Of a stretch of DNA of 64,000 bases, positions 47,776 through 61,254 are shown piece after piece. The position numbers and the translations under genes are program-made. The notes beneath the pieces were generated by a model that saw only the letters and a program-made list of their open reading frames with translations, was not told the DNA's origin and ran no database searches. Source of the stretch: Zootoca vivipara (taxonomy: Eukaryota). The stretch is taken from the NCBI RefSeq assembly GCF_963506605.1, contig NC_083284.1, positions 40,300,001 to 40,364,000 on the forward strand, written 5' to 3'. Positions within the stretch are counted from its first letter, which is position 1. Every line of letters begins with the position of its first letter.

Positions 47776-47957
47776 CAGGTGCCAACTGGAATAAAATATG
47801 GTGAGGCAGGTAAACCCTGCCCCTCATAATCAATCACATTACGTGGCACATGCACACCATTTGAATAGCAATGCCAATCAACTTGGGGGGGGCACGACCC
47901 ACTCAAATATTTTAGGGGGGCTGAAGGGACCTTGGCCCCTCATATCTGACTCCTATG
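47776..47957 (-). mobile_element. hAT MITE, same family as 2009-2159
   Basis: Reverse complement CATAGGAG...GGCATTGCTATTCAAATGGTGTG...GTTGGCACCTG aligns with 2009-2159. Confidence 0.7.
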
Positions 47958-47976
47958 AGTGTAATGTGTTTGTGTG

Positions 47977-48032
<56 letters not shown>

Positions 48033-49256
48033 AAGAGAGGGGGGGATTTCAGCATAAATCTATAGGACAGGCACTGATTGGAAAGGAAGCAGTATGTCCA
48101 TCCCAAAACCTTTTAAAGTGAAAATAATATTGGAAGCAGGGTTGCATTTAACCACCTTGATAGTATGATGAGCACAAATCATCGCAAATACACGATAAAA
48201 AAGGACATCTGCAGGGGTCCTGAGTGGCTAAGAGAATTAGAATTATTTGGCTGACTGGAGATATATTGTGTAAGTAAGGAAGTGCTAGGAGACAGATTCC
48301 ATTCCCTCTGCCTGTTGCTTCGGAGAATTCATTTCCTTTTGATTATCTTTACGAAATTTTGCTGACTCTCAAAATGGTGGAGTCTATTCCATTAGTCTCT
48401 CCCTAAGAAAATAAGACGAAGCCTCATTTCTGCCAAGTCATAGGTTTCATGGATTCCATAAAATGCTGCTGTTGAAATTCGCTATGATCTTTCCACCTGT
48501 GTTTGCTCAAAGATTGCACGTCTTTTCTGAGAAGTCTTGTAGGCGTTCCTCATTCTGTCCTAAGTATTCTTTAATGCTGAAAAGGGTGATGGAATCTCCA
48601 CTCCTGCCAGGACTCAGGGCATGGCCCCATTTGGGGGCCAGTTTCATAAAGTGCCGGATTCTTTCATTAGTGCACCCCCAACTCGTATCTCTTTTGTTAA
48701 TGAGAGGCATTTGGAGGGCAACACCTGGGGCATGTCTGAAAAGGCCGTAACTGAAGTGTTAAAAATCATATTGCATATTAATAACCAGATGTTGATTTTA
48801 ATAATATTTTATTAAAGGTCTAAAGCTTAACTGTATAGAAAGTGAAATGTATCGGGCTGTGATTAAAGTACAAATAATAAATTATTATTATAATTATAAA
48901 GTGTATAATTTTTTTCTGGGGAAATTAAGCTGATGGCCAAGCAACTCCATCTTATGTCACTTTACTGGCTAATAAGGGCTCTTTGGGGAATGCACTTACC
49001 ATATCAGAAGCTGCGCGTTCAGCATGCGCCACACCAGAGAGATGACTCTCAGTGGCGTGCTGAGTCTTAGCTTGTAACTAGAATCTCTTGCAAATATGTA
49101 CTTCGAGCCCCCTTCTGCCTGGAAGACAGCTGCCAAAGGGTTTGCAACCCTTTGGAGGGATCCTTTGGCAACGGTAGACCAAGTATCAGAAATTATATTC
49201 ATCTGGAGATCAGCAAGATAAGCAGCAGCTGGAACATATTATAGCTGTTCCTGATT

Positions 49257-49420
49257 GGTTAGTGCAGAGGCCAAAGGACTAAGCTATGAATCAGAAAGTC
49301 CCCAGCTCCATTCTCACCTCTACCATGAACTCACTAGGTGGTCTTAGGCAAGCCACACACTCTCAGGCTCCATTGCCCCCATCAGTAATATGCTAGGCAT
49401 GGATAAGATACTGACTTACC
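49257..49420 (+). mobile_element. Ancient CORE/MIR-like SINE
   Basis: GGTGGTCTTAGGCAAGCCAC...CTCTCAGGCTCCATTGCCCCCATCAGTAATATG, CORE-like. Confidence 0.45.
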
Positions 49421-49540
49421 CAATCCACCACCACCTAGCCCAGCATAAAGGGGGTTTGGAGTGCTCTGCAAAATACCCCAAAATATTGTGGCTTCTTGCA
49501 TGGCTAAGTGCAGGTCTGAAGCAATTAGTAGAGTTGTAAC

Positions 49541-49747
49541 TAGGGCTGGGTGATATCTGGTTTTCAACATCAAGATATATCAACAGTGAAACATCACACT
49601 ATACCAATATATCACAATGCCTGAAACAAGGACGAAGCTATGTAGCGGCATTGGCTGGTTTCATAGTTATGATTTTTTCATAGCCGATATCACAACATGG
49701 ACTTCAAACTGGTTTGGGACAATATATCAGTATATTGCCCAACCCTC
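49541..49747. mobile_element. hAT MITE (TAGGGCTGGGCGATAT type)
   Basis: TAGGGCTGGGTGATAT...ATATTGCCCAACCCTC; TSD GTTGTAAC / TTTGTAAC. Confidence 0.8.
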
Positions 49748-50449
49748 TTTGTAACCACCATCTCAGAGATTTTCATTTTCAAATGGTGCTGTTAGGCACT
49801 CTATTTTATTGATGCATCAGTGTCACCAAAAAAGTCAAGGCTACTGAAAGAAGAAAACTGGTTTTGTAGAATACTAACCTGTTTTATGATTACAACATAG
49901 TCTACCAACAGTGAAACTGAACACTCTAGAAGCCCGGAAGGGAACAATTTAGAAATACTGAATGAGATGTTCAACCTATAAACCCATAAAGAATGAGGGA
50001 GCTATAAAACATTAGTCAACAACTGTGGCTTGATGTATCCTGCCTCAGATTTTCTTTGATTTCCCCAAAAGCAGCTGGCAAAGAGAACAGAACGGCAAAC
50101 AGTGTAGCCATCAAATGTTCTGGTGCCAAAACTTAAATGGAGAAGATATAGTCCAAAGGAACATGTATCGAATTATCTGCAAAGATACCAGAAAGATTGA
50201 CCTTCATTATCAATTTTCTAAAAGGTTGGATTATCTTAGATTCTAATGGAATACAGATCTGCCCAGTTCATGCAAAACAAATACACACATCTTTATTAAA
50301 GGAGTTGATTCTGTTTAGAATAAACCCAAACAAATCTTTGCTTCTTTTTGTAATACATGTGGGAGTTGGATGGTGGTTGTTTCATCAAGAGCCTAGTAAA
50401 CAAACATCTTATTTCTATTCTCTAATCTTTCCTGCCTGGTTTGAAACAG

Positions 50450-50473
50450 CTAGCATCTGCTTTGGTATATGAG
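50450..50473 (+). CDS. Candidate 24-nt microexon (LASALVYE), host gene unknown
   Basis: CTCTAAT branch-like site, pyrimidine tract with TGC, ACAG|CTAGCATCTGCTTTGGTATATGAG|GTAAGG; only phase 0 is stop-free. Confidence 0.3.
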
Positions 50474-51404
50474 GTAAGGAGCAAGGTCCATTTGGGGGAG
50501 AAAGCGCACCATGTAAACATAAATGGACAAACTGGTTTAAATAGCCAGCTGTGGGAAGGCTGTGAATCCGTATCACAGCTTCTTTGCACGTGTCCTTGTA
50601 CCTTCCTACATTAAGAGTGCAGTCCTACTAGTATACTTGGAAGGAAGTCCCAATGAATTCAGTGGAACTTACTTCCAGGTTAAGTGAGCACTGCAGCTGT
50701 GCAGATCTACCCAAACTATAGGAAGCCAGCATGATTTATTATGCCTGGGGAAATTGTGCCAGTATAACTTACCCCTACTTGAAACTGAGCGTGGCAGAAG
50801 GGAAACAAGCCTTTAAAACAAGTTTGACTTATATCACCCTTTTTACCAGTTTAACATCTGCTGGATTGCTAGATCATATGACTAAAAGGAGTCTGGAATA
50901 GGGGGTAATTCTCCTCCTGCCCCATCCCACTCTCACCACCTCCCCAAAATGCCCCCTTTCCAGGACTTAATCCAGTCTTGGATGAGTCCCAGCTGAGCAG
51001 AGATGCTGGATTTGTACTAGTGTATCCAGATAAGCTGGAATGACAGACTTCAGCCAGCATAGCCCCAGCTGAGCCAGGGCAAGCTCAGCCAGAGACCCAC
51101 CTATTCCAACCCCCCCTTAGCCTGCTAGATTTTGGGCTTGGATTATTCCAGAACACCAGAATTGCAATCATTCTACATAGGCTCAAGACATACAGGGGCA
51201 TTTGAAAGATTTTATTAGCAACCCCTTCCTCACAGTTTTGTACCATTCCAAAGGATAGATTTGTTTGTTTCCAATTATAATTCCAGTTTCCTCCTTATAT
51301 TCCCATTATTGCAAACTGCTACAGATAATGAGAAATCTTACTGAACTGCTGTCATGACATGAATCATACGCCTTCTTTAGCTGTTCAGATTCTGTGTTAA
51401 GTAA

Positions 51405-51650
51405 ATACTGGGGGTGAGCATGCCAGCTCTGCTCGCCACACCAATTATTGTCCTGGTTGCCCTTCATGAGTTGGAGGGTGACTATCTGAATCCCCGGCTG
51501 GGGACTGGGAGGGATAAATGCCCAAGGCCTAAGCCAAGGTCTCCCTACATCTGACTCTTAAATAAAGTTGTGGCCAATTTTAATCCCATAACACAGTGTC
51601 GTGTATTCCACGCGGGAGCTGACCTGGGGTTGGGGGTATCTCTGCCTGTC
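51405..51650 (+). mobile_element. Interspersed repeat related to 12440-12905 (possible DIRS/Ngaro-like terminal region)
   Basis: AATAAAGTTGTGGCC at 51561-51575; boundaries approximate. Confidence 0.3.
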
Positions 51651-52544
51651 CACGCAAACAAATCCACATTTTTTTTAAAAAAATGTGCAGATACAGGATA
51701 AATCTTAGGTCTGGTGCTCATCACTAGTAAATGTATCCCTTCAAGAGCAAAAATAAAGGAGACATTCTCTGAAAAGTGTCATCAAGCCCGATGGGTCAGT
51801 TCTGAATACACTAGCATTATCTTTGTAGTTGGCGCAAGAGTTTAAGGTATCATATTCCAGCTCTCTAGTCCAAATACTTTCATTTGAATAGCTTTAGTTG
51901 CAGGGGTACCTTTGCTGGTTTTAATTATATACACACACAATTTAAGACCAGATACCACTACTATTTACTATCAAGGAAGATGGCCTGAGGCATTTCTCGG
52001 TCCTCTAGTATCTCCCTAGTGTATTTCCGCCTCTCCTTTCTGGTTGAGAAAACAATACGTAGCATCCAGAAAAAATATGCATGAAAAACCTGTGCCTAGA
52101 AACTGTCATAGTTACACTGCTGCAAATTGTACTGATAAAAACAAACAATCTTGATTTGATTATGTGTGTGTTCTTTGGTATGCGCAGGACTAGAGCTGTA
52201 TATGAATTCAAGATTAAGCCTGAACCAAAATCTTCAGCTAGGATTTTGAGGGAGGGGAGTGTCAAAAATTAGAAAGCCCTCAAAGATGGAGTAGGTAAAT
52301 TTTCAGTGTCCATGTTTGATCTACTTTACTTAAAGAAGATAACCCTGCTTATTAATTTTGAAAGATCAAACCTCATGGAGTCACCTGGAGCTTGGGAGAT
52401 CCTCAAAGGTCATATAGTCCAACCCCCACCACCACCACTGATACAAGAAAGGAAGCAAGCAGGTGCAAAGTGCACCAGAACCTACCAACCCTCCTGCATT
52501 TTCTGCTGGAGATGGGCCATAATATATTTCGATACACCTTGTAA

Positions 52545-52912
52545 AAGAAAGGTGAAAGACCCCTGGACTGTTACGGTAAGTCCAGTCAAAGGCGACTACG
52601 GGGTTGCAGTGCTCATCTCACTTTCAGGCCAAGGGAGCTGGCGTTTGTCCACAGACAGCTTCCTGGATCATGTGGCCAGCATGACTAAACCGTTTCTGGA
52701 GCAACGGAACACCGTGACGGAAACTAGAACGCACGGAAATGCCGTTTACCTTCCTGCCGCAGCGATACCTATTTATCTGCTTGCACTGGCTAGGTTGGCA
52801 GGAGCTGGGACAGAGCAACGGGAGCGCACTCTGTTGTGGGGATTCGAACCGACGACCTTCCGATCAGCAAGCCCAAGAGGCTCAGTGGTTTAGACCACAG
52901 CGCTACCTGCAC
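52545..52912 (-). mobile_element. Sauria SINE, near full length
   Basis: AAGTCCAGTCAAAGGCGACTACGGGGTTGC...GGGATTCGAACCGACGACCTTCCGATCAGCAAGCCC...TTTAGACCACAGCGCTACC. Confidence 0.92.
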
Positions 52913-53903
52913 ACCTAATAGTAACCCTTCCAGGTGGCCATATGAAGCTTCCCCCTCCCACCCCTCAAAGTTTTTTAAAAATAGGATTAAGTAAGGAAAT
53001 CCAAACCTCCTCACCAAAAGGAAAAACCTCCACAAACACAGGGCATCCCTGCATTACACAGTTGCCCTCCACAAGTTGAGGAAGATGGATATGACAAAAG
53101 AGGGAGCAGAAATAGCATACTCATTTCCACTCCTTCTCACCTATGTTTTTTTGACGCTTCATGGTTGTGCCTGCTTGGGACTTCTGTTTTCACCCATTCT
53201 GTGTTTGAACATCACTGCTGAATGTGCCTGCCACTGGGGAGTCTGTTGAAAATGATACCTGCATGGTGAGTTCTCTGTCCCAGTTCAATGACAGGTAAAA
53301 GGCAAGTACAGTTTAACAGGGGGGGGGAAGCTTTCTGCTGTCCTTGATAGCATTATAAAGACACCAGCAATGTGTTCATTTCCACTGGCAATGTCTTTGA
53401 GAAATTTACCAGCTTTCTAGAGGCTCAAGGAATGGTTTTGAATGTGTTCTTTGTTTAAATATGGCACAGCCTATTCTCTGTTTGCATCATGCTTTGTATA
53501 TAGAACTGTCAAATGACAGTGTGCACCAGCTCTGCAGAAAACACATCTTGCAGTGGACGGTGATGTAAAATGTCTGAGTGGAATCCATGCCATTAGCTTG
53601 CAACGTCAAGCATTAATTGGAAACACACTGGCAAGGCTTCCAGCCTGCAGATGTTTTGCAAGAAAAAATAAATTAAACTATTAAAATATGAAATCCATGG
53701 ATTTTCCTGTGTGGTGTTCTGATTTTGTTGCTCAATGAGATCTTTTTAACACGCACACACACACACACAAAATGAAGTTTAAATGAAAAAATGGTTCTAT
53801 TTGTATTAGATTTGTTCCCCGGCTTCTTTTCAGAGTGCTGAAGCTTATGCTATTACCTCCAACCTCTTTTTTCACTGGTTTTCTGCTGGTGAGTGGGGGC
53901 CCA

Positions 53904-54281
53904 ACCCCTAGACAGTTAAGTCCAGTCAAAGGCGACTATGGGGTTGTGGCTCTCATCTCGCTTTCAGGCAGAGGGAGCCGGCGTTTGTCCACAGACAGCT
54001 TTCCGGGTCATGTGGCCAGCATGACTAAACCGCTTCTGGGACAATGGAACACCGTGACGTAAGCCAGAGTGCATGGAAACACCGTTTACCTTCCTGCCAC
54101 CACAGTACCTATTTACATATCTACTTGCACTTTTTGGCATGCTTTCAAACTGCTAGGTAGGCAGGAGCTGGGACAGAGCAACGGGAGCTCACCCCTTCCC
54201 ACATGGGGATTTGAACCGCCAACCTTCTGATCGGCAAGTCCAAGAGGCTCAATAGTTTGGACCACAGCGCCACCCACATCT
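53904..54281 (-). mobile_element. Sauria SINE, near full length
   Basis: Same subfamily as 52545-52912 (AAGTCCAGTCAAAGGCGACT...GACCACAGCGCCACC). Confidence 0.92.
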
Positions 54282-57207
54282 CATTAAAGTGGGTAAACTA
54301 CAGCAGCACTACCATGGTACAAATATGTGGTAAAGCATTTAAGAAATGGATCTTCAAAGGCATGTTTGAGTTCCAGGTGGCGTAGCAGAGACGCCCCTGT
54401 GTCAATGCTCCTTTTCACCAATGCACAATGCATCCATCAACAATGGGAGCAGGACGGGATTCAGATTGTACATTTTGTGACTTAAGTCCTGCAGAGATTT
54501 TACAAAAAAAAATTTTTTTTAAAAAAGCTCTCCACCCCCTGATTCACAGCTGACAGCTGAGGCACTTTCCCTTATTGAACGCTCTTACTGTATTATTAGT
54601 TATTGATTTACTTGTAAGAAACCACAAAGAACAAGAAAAAGACACTGTCTAAGGCCACATAGTGAGCTTTGACAGATGAAACAGTCTAGGCTCATGATTT
54701 CATGACCCCATGGATATGATTCACAACTACACAACTTTTGCTTTCATGCATGTGGAACAGGTGTCAAATTCTCATTCTGTACAGCATATTGGCTATTTAT
54801 ATCCTCCCTTTTGCAGGCTTCTCATCTCCCCTAGTTAGGAATCTGCAATTTTATATTCATTTAATCAGTTAATTCCACAGATATCATATAACCTTGGCTG
54901 TTCTCCAAAAAACGAAGAAGGAAGATCATATAGCTGATGCAATACCATGTAGAGTTAGTGAAAGGACCACATTTCTGGCAGGAATAAGCACTGATTGAAT
55001 GATCCGGTATGAATCTGTCAATCCTTTGCAATGAGTAGAGGCAAACAGTAGGAAACCGCAATACAGAAGAGCAGAGCATTCTGATTTCATTGTCAAATAT
55101 CTGGGCCAGAAGAGGCGTGAGATGGGCCATGCAATGATAAGAGTGGCCCTGGTTCTCCTGAGCCTACCCAGAAAGAAAAGTTTTTCAAGCTTTGCCTTGC
55201 TTTAAGGAAGGCAGGATACCTCAAATGGTATGTGAGGAATTATTTGTCAGGCTGAGGGTGAACACAAGGGATCCCATATATCCAGGCTTAGCCGGTTTAA
55301 GCCCTGAACTACTGATAATCAGCTGATAAAAAAAGGTCAGAAGAAAACAGCATTATTTCTTCTTGAAATACTGGGTCTACTTCACTCATCTATGGTCAAC
55401 TGACATCCAAAGCAAGTGTTAGGAAACTGAACTGCCCCAGGACTTAATGAGGATAATGTTAGCCAAGAAGTCACACACACATATCACAAGCACACACAGT
55501 AGGTTGAAAATTATGCTTACATTCTAAGGTGGTGCCAACAATGGTATACAGAAAATAAAGCTATCAGTGGTGCAATCTATCAAGTCTCGATAGCAAGTAT
55601 TCTTTGGGAGATATGATTGTGTATATCTACAGTTTTATATGCCTCAACAACGGTATGGCCGCCCCGCACTCTCACAAGCATACTCTTGTACACATACAGG
55701 CACTCTCTCCTCAGATACTCCATCCCTACCCCAGCACTGTGTCCGATATTTATTTTTTGCTACTGCCACCAAATTCGCATGCTATGAAAAATCCTAAGTG
55801 CAAGACTAACTATATACACACAGAGACAATACACAGGATGGGGCATGAGATCACTTTTGCAAGCCATGTTGATATTGCTTAGAGTGGGAACCAATTGCCT
55901 GTTCAAACAACATATGACCTTGTTTCAAACTTTTGACAAATGATTGCTGAAGGACCACGGCTCTATACAATTCAATTATTATGATTATATATAACTTTTC
56001 TTACAAATGCAGAAGAGAAGGAGAAGAAGGAGAAGGAGAAGCACATCCTTCCTTTAAGGACAGCTAAGATGGGCCATTATATGCCATTAAAACCACAATA
56101 CAAAATGTCATATGCAATACAATATAACAATCAGCTTGAATTAAACATATAAGGCCAATCCTGTTATGCTCCAATGCTGGAAAAGTTTGAGGATAGTCCT
56201 GAATCCTTTTTTTTTTTTAATCCTGATATGCCAAACACGACAAGTGTCAGGGTAAATGCAGAAAACACAAATCAGGACAAATTTAGGCAGATTGCTGGGT
56301 CTTTTTAGAACTGCCTAGAAGTTTAGACTGGGGATTTGCTGAAAGTTAACCTGAAAATAAATTTATTTTCAGCCACTAAATCAGTATCTGGCAGAGGGAA
56401 TGCACCTTTGCATGTTTTCCTTGGGTGTATCTCAGTGCATTTGTGCTTCAGGTTTGTGCCACGACAAGTATATTGCACAATTGCAGGAGAGTCTGGAAAT
56501 CCCTTGAAGAGCTGCCTTTCAAATTTAAAGCATCAATCTCCCTTATGCCACAAGGTTTGCTTAAGCCATTTGCTCTGTTTTACATCCCACTAATACCTAG
56601 AGTCAAGATACCTGAATGGTGATTTGGGAGCAACTTCTGCAGTTGCCGCCCTTGCGCAACACTATAGCGTGTTTTGCAAACGGAACATGTCTTGCATGCT
56701 GCTACCAATGCCAAACGTGATGCAGAATTGCTATTACTCTGCCAAGTGGACACATGTTATATTTTTATGGGAATGCATTCTAATTTGCTCAGTAAAATCC
56801 CTTGCATAAGGAACCAAATACAGCACCAGTAGACTTCACAATAACATGAATTGCTTTGTGTTGGTTTTGGTCATCTGTTTCAGAGAATGAAAGATGTGGA
56901 GTTGGCAAAGCAGCTTTTCTGAAAGTAGTGGAGGCTCAAGCTGGGGCAGATGCAGCCATGTAGACAGCACCCTTCACTCCCCTCTGTAACCTCTCTTAAC
57001 CTTGTCATGACATCATGGCATCTCATTTCCCTGCTTCATATCATTGGCTGCTGCTGTCACAGCATGGATAAGTAACACTGGAACTTGCAGAGGCAAGAAT
57101 ATACATATGGCTTCCATTTTCAGCAACATTTGGATGATTCAGGGCCTAACTCAGTCCTGAACACACTTTATGAGCTTCTCCATTAGTGTGTCCATCTTAA
57201 ATTATTG

Positions 57208-57460
57208 TTATTGAGGTTACAGGGAACCAGACAGAGGGCCTTCTCGGTAGTGGCACCCGCCCTGTGGAAAGCCCTTTCAACAGATGTCAAGGAAATAAGC
57301 AGCTATCCTATTTTTAAACGACATTTGTAGGCAGCCCTGTTTAGGGAAGTTTTTAATATTTAATGCTGTATTGTTTTAATATTCGATTGGGAGCCGCTCA
57401 GAGTGGCTGGGGAGACTCAGCCAGATGGGTGGAGTACAAATAATAAATTATTATTATTAT
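57208..57460 (+). mobile_element. L2-type LINE 3' end
   Basis: LRLQGTRQRAFSVVAPALWKALSTDVKEI..IFKRHL*AALFREVFN followed by the 3' UTR and (TTA)n tail. Confidence 0.85.
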
Positions 57461-58290
57461 CTTCCCACCCACCTACCCACCCACCTGCCAACAAATACCA
57501 GCTCCCCCTTCTTCCCCTTCCTCTTCCGAGATTGAACACCGCAAAAATAACCCAAGGCACAGCATGCACCACAAATTCGTCCAGCTGCTTTGCTCTCTTT
57601 ACAAATTACAACCCCTCTATCCCACTTCTGGCTACTGTTTTGTAAGGCCTTAAGGGCACATGATTTGATGCTTCCTCCACGGTCTCCCTGTCAGAGGTCA
57701 CATGTATTTAAAGCACTCTCGTGCCACTTTAGCATCATAGCTTCTCCCAAAGAATCCTGGGAACTGTAGTTTGTTAAGGGTGTTGGGAATTTTATCTCTG
57801 TAAGGGGTTGCAGTTGGTAATCCTGAGCTGCTTTTAGAAGAAAACTACCCCCAGAAGTTCTAAGCACAGACCTCCTACATATGGCTTGGCCCTTCCAAAA
57901 CGTAGAGCATTAGCATGACAAATGGTTCTGACACATAAAGGTGGGCCCACCAGAGTACTGGGTTTGGCCAGACTCTCCACCATATGTCTATGTGGTTGAA
58001 AATGATGGCTGCTTCTTCATATTAAGCAGATCAGTCCTGTACCAGTGCCAACCCAGGCTGCTGAGCCGATGTGGTGTGGTAGGTACCAGCATGGTGTAAC
58101 AGGTCATCTTTTGGGCTGCTACACTTGTCAGACCCTGTCCCACCTAAAGATGGGAGCAGGAGAGAGAAATTTAGATTGTAACCTGCACAATACACAGATG
58201 GAAATACAGCTATCCTTTGAAATTTGTACTTCTCTGAATTTTGCAGTGGAGTTTTCCAACCCCAAACATGTGTATAACAACATCTTAGGG

Positions 58291-58431
58291 TAGGGCTGCC
58301 ATTCATCTGGGATTTGAAAGGCAGAATTAACATCTGGGGGGGGGATTTCCCAAAGGTGGCGCTTTGTCCTGGGTCTCAGACAAGTCAATCGGGGTGTCCT
58401 GATTTTTACTGTTTTAAATATGGCAACTCTA
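58291..58431. mobile_element. hAT MITE (TAGGGTTGCCA type)
   Basis: TAGGGCTGCCAT...ATGGCAACTCTA; degenerate TSD TCTTAGGG / GCTTTGGG. Confidence 0.7.
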
Positions 58432-58548
58432 GCTTTGGGCAATGTGTGCATAGAAATGCATATACTATAGAAAAAGAAATATTTTGCTGGCAAAAATGTG
58501 TGCAATAGACAAATCTCATTAGGTGAAATGTGAACTGAAATGGTTTTA

Positions 58549-58736
58549 CAGTGGTACCTCGGTTTAAGTACACAATTGGTTCCGGAAGGCTGTACTTAAC
58601 CTGAAGCGTACTTAACCTGAAGCAAACTTTCCCATTGAAAGTCATGGAAAGTGGATTAATCCGTTCCAGACGGGTCCGCAGAGTACTTAAACTGAAAGTA
58701 CTCAAACTGAAGCGTACTTAAACCGAGGTATGACTG
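58549..58736. mobile_element. Tc1/mariner (Tigger-like) MITE
   Basis: TA|CAGTGGTACCTCGGTTTAAGTAC...GTACTTAAACCGAGGTATGACTG; internal GTACTTAA repeats. Confidence 0.85.
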
Positions 58737-59212
58737 CATTTGGTTTTTGTGTGAGGCCTTAAAAAAAAAGCAAGCTGATTAAGGAATGTGGAGAACTGAC
58801 TGGAAAAAAAATCTGAAACAGATAGAAACCAAAATGGAAAGTCACCCATCCCTTGTCGCACATGGTTATTTGCAGACCCAGCAAGCTTTTGGGTACTGTA
58901 CATTGATTACTCCCCCCCCCCCTTTACCAGCTAGAAGACTCTTGCCTTTGTTTACTTTCAGCCCCATATGTCCTAGCAAGGAAATGAAGAAGTCAAGATC
59001 ATAGGAGCTTTTAAAAAATCACCTACACCTACCTGATTAAAAAGGTATGGCAGCTTTCTTTGCAGTGGTCTGTGTCTATGTAAGGGCTTAGCTGGTCATT
59101 ATTTACATCGTCCTAAGCTATGTGGTGAGGATCATCATTCACTGATTGGGTGGTGAAGATGCCTTTGAAAAAGAACTAGTATGCTGTCTGGACCACAAAT
59201 TATGTACCGCTA

Positions 59213-59214
<2 letters not shown>

Positions 59215-59287
<73 letters not shown>
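59215..59287. repeat. Compound (CT)n(CA)n microsatellite
   Basis: Directly visible. Confidence 0.95.
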
Positions 59288-61254
59288 GATTCCTAATGTC
59301 AGGCAAGAAGAACTTGGATCATAAATCCTCTGTCCTTAACCGTTATTCTCCTCAGATGGTTTAGATTAGAATAGCTGTTGCATGAAAATTAGCCGCAGCT
59401 TGTTGGTATGTGGAGGAAGGTTTGTGTGGGTGATGGCTCCCCAAGGTGACGGCTCATTTCAAAATTTACTAATGTGGTCAGGTGGCCTGGTTCATGCCAT
59501 TCTGCAGAGCAATTTAACTCACAGATGCTACTTGCAAACAGCTCAGAAACAGAACTTTAAAAAAGCATGTTTTATGTGGTCAAGGGATACAGGGCCCTGC
59601 TTAGAAGATCATTGTTCAATGTTCCATGCTTTTTTAGCTTAACACATTTATCAGTTTTGGCTCCCTGCTTTGTTGAGTGAGTGACAAAATACCTTTTGAT
59701 AAGCATGTCCCATTATGTGGGATGCAGAACAAATAACATAACATACCAAACTAGGGCAATGTATTTCAATTCTTTCAGAACCATTTGCTTCAAGTTACGT
59801 GGGACTTGTCATTTTATTTGCACACAGATGGGCACATTAGGGTCATTTTTGTAAGAGGCACAGAAAGCAGTAGGTATTAGTTCTCCCATATGCCAATAAC
59901 AAAGACAGGAACAGACAGTCAGACAGAGAGTAGATAGACAGATATTCCTATCTGCACACCACCCCAATCTCCAAACGGTGCAAAATTCCAGGGGTTCCAG
60001 GCGCTTACGTAGCATCCGTGTTTCCTTTTGGAAATGAGGCACAGTGGAGACTGTGGTGTCTTTATGATATATGGTTTCTTTACACATGTGCACAGCCTGA
60101 GCCTATGATGGAGGGATTCACATCATTAACACTCCAAGAGGGTGTTGCTTCCTCCATAGGCACAACTTAAGAGTCCAACATCATACTCTATCTGCTTCTG
60201 TGTGTCTCAGTCACATAAGGGATGGGGCACATGTGGCTTCCAGAGGTTATTGGACTCCAGCTCCACAGCCTGAATGGTCGATGGCTAGAGATTATAGTCC
60301 CAACATCTGTAGTGGAACAACATCTGAATGGCCACACACACCCTGTCCCCCATGTAGACAGGAATGATGGCACACAAGGAAGATGCTGCTGGCAGTGTAT
60401 AACAACAACCTTTATTTCCACACCCCTAAATATCAGAATCCTAAGGCACAAAGCAGTGTTTCTATTCATAACCTGAACTATTGCATGTTGTCATAACCAT
60501 AAAGTGATGGAACTATCAGTTTATTTTACATGCAGTAGTTAATAATGCTTATCTATCTAATTTATCTATCTATCATCTATCAAATAAATTACTTAGAATA
60601 CTCTTGTACTTCCTTCTTATCACTCAACACTATGCTGTATTAGTTAAATGTATGGCACATAACTTCAGAAATTTATTCCCTGACATTTGCAGGAACACAT
60701 TTGCAGTAGTCTGATTATGCAAAAAAAGGGGAGGGAGAAACCGAAGAGAGTATACTTTGCCAAAATTTTCTTTGGTCACTGCTACTGATTTCTCATTTCT
60801 TATGCCAGTGTGACTGAACAATAAGATAATTTCATTCCCTGGAAATATTGCCTCAAGACTTCCAGGTTATGGCAATAACAATCTAATATCTACTTGAGTA
60901 ACAATGTTAGGGGAAGCAATAAAGCCAAAAATTACCCACACAATTATTAACATGCATTATATATAAATTGGGGGTGACATGATTCAACTCCAAATTCAAC
61001 AAAATTCATGAGCCATAAAAACACATCTCAGGAAAAGCACTTGCAAGCTCCATTAAAATATAGCGTGACTACAAATATTTATCAATTACTTTGCACTAAA
61101 GTTTGGCAAAGATGCTGAGAAAATGATCTAGCAGAAGTTTATGTATCTCCATGCTGGAATATGGAATGGAAAAATCTGCAATATGGTTTAATGCCTTCAT
61201 TCTTTACAATGAAACCTTCAGTTCACACTTATATTTCAGGGTTTTTTGTATCAA

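Larger units (their letters stand above)
58147..58854 (-). mobile_element. AT-rich hAT-like element, copy 4, with two nested MITEs
   Basis: Reverse of family motifs (TTTGAAATTTGTACTTCTCTGAATTTTGCAGTG; CAAAAATGTGTG; CCCATCCCTT end). Confidence 0.55.

Noticed and set aside
52306-52893. 195-aa ORF
   Set aside because: Reads through an antisense Sauria SINE; not protein-like.
53834-53888. 55-nt plus-strand pseudo-exon candidate (similar cases at 13584-13620 and 15871-15962)
   Set aside because: Good-looking splice sites occur by chance in long introns; not frame-preserving, or the peptide is unrecognised.
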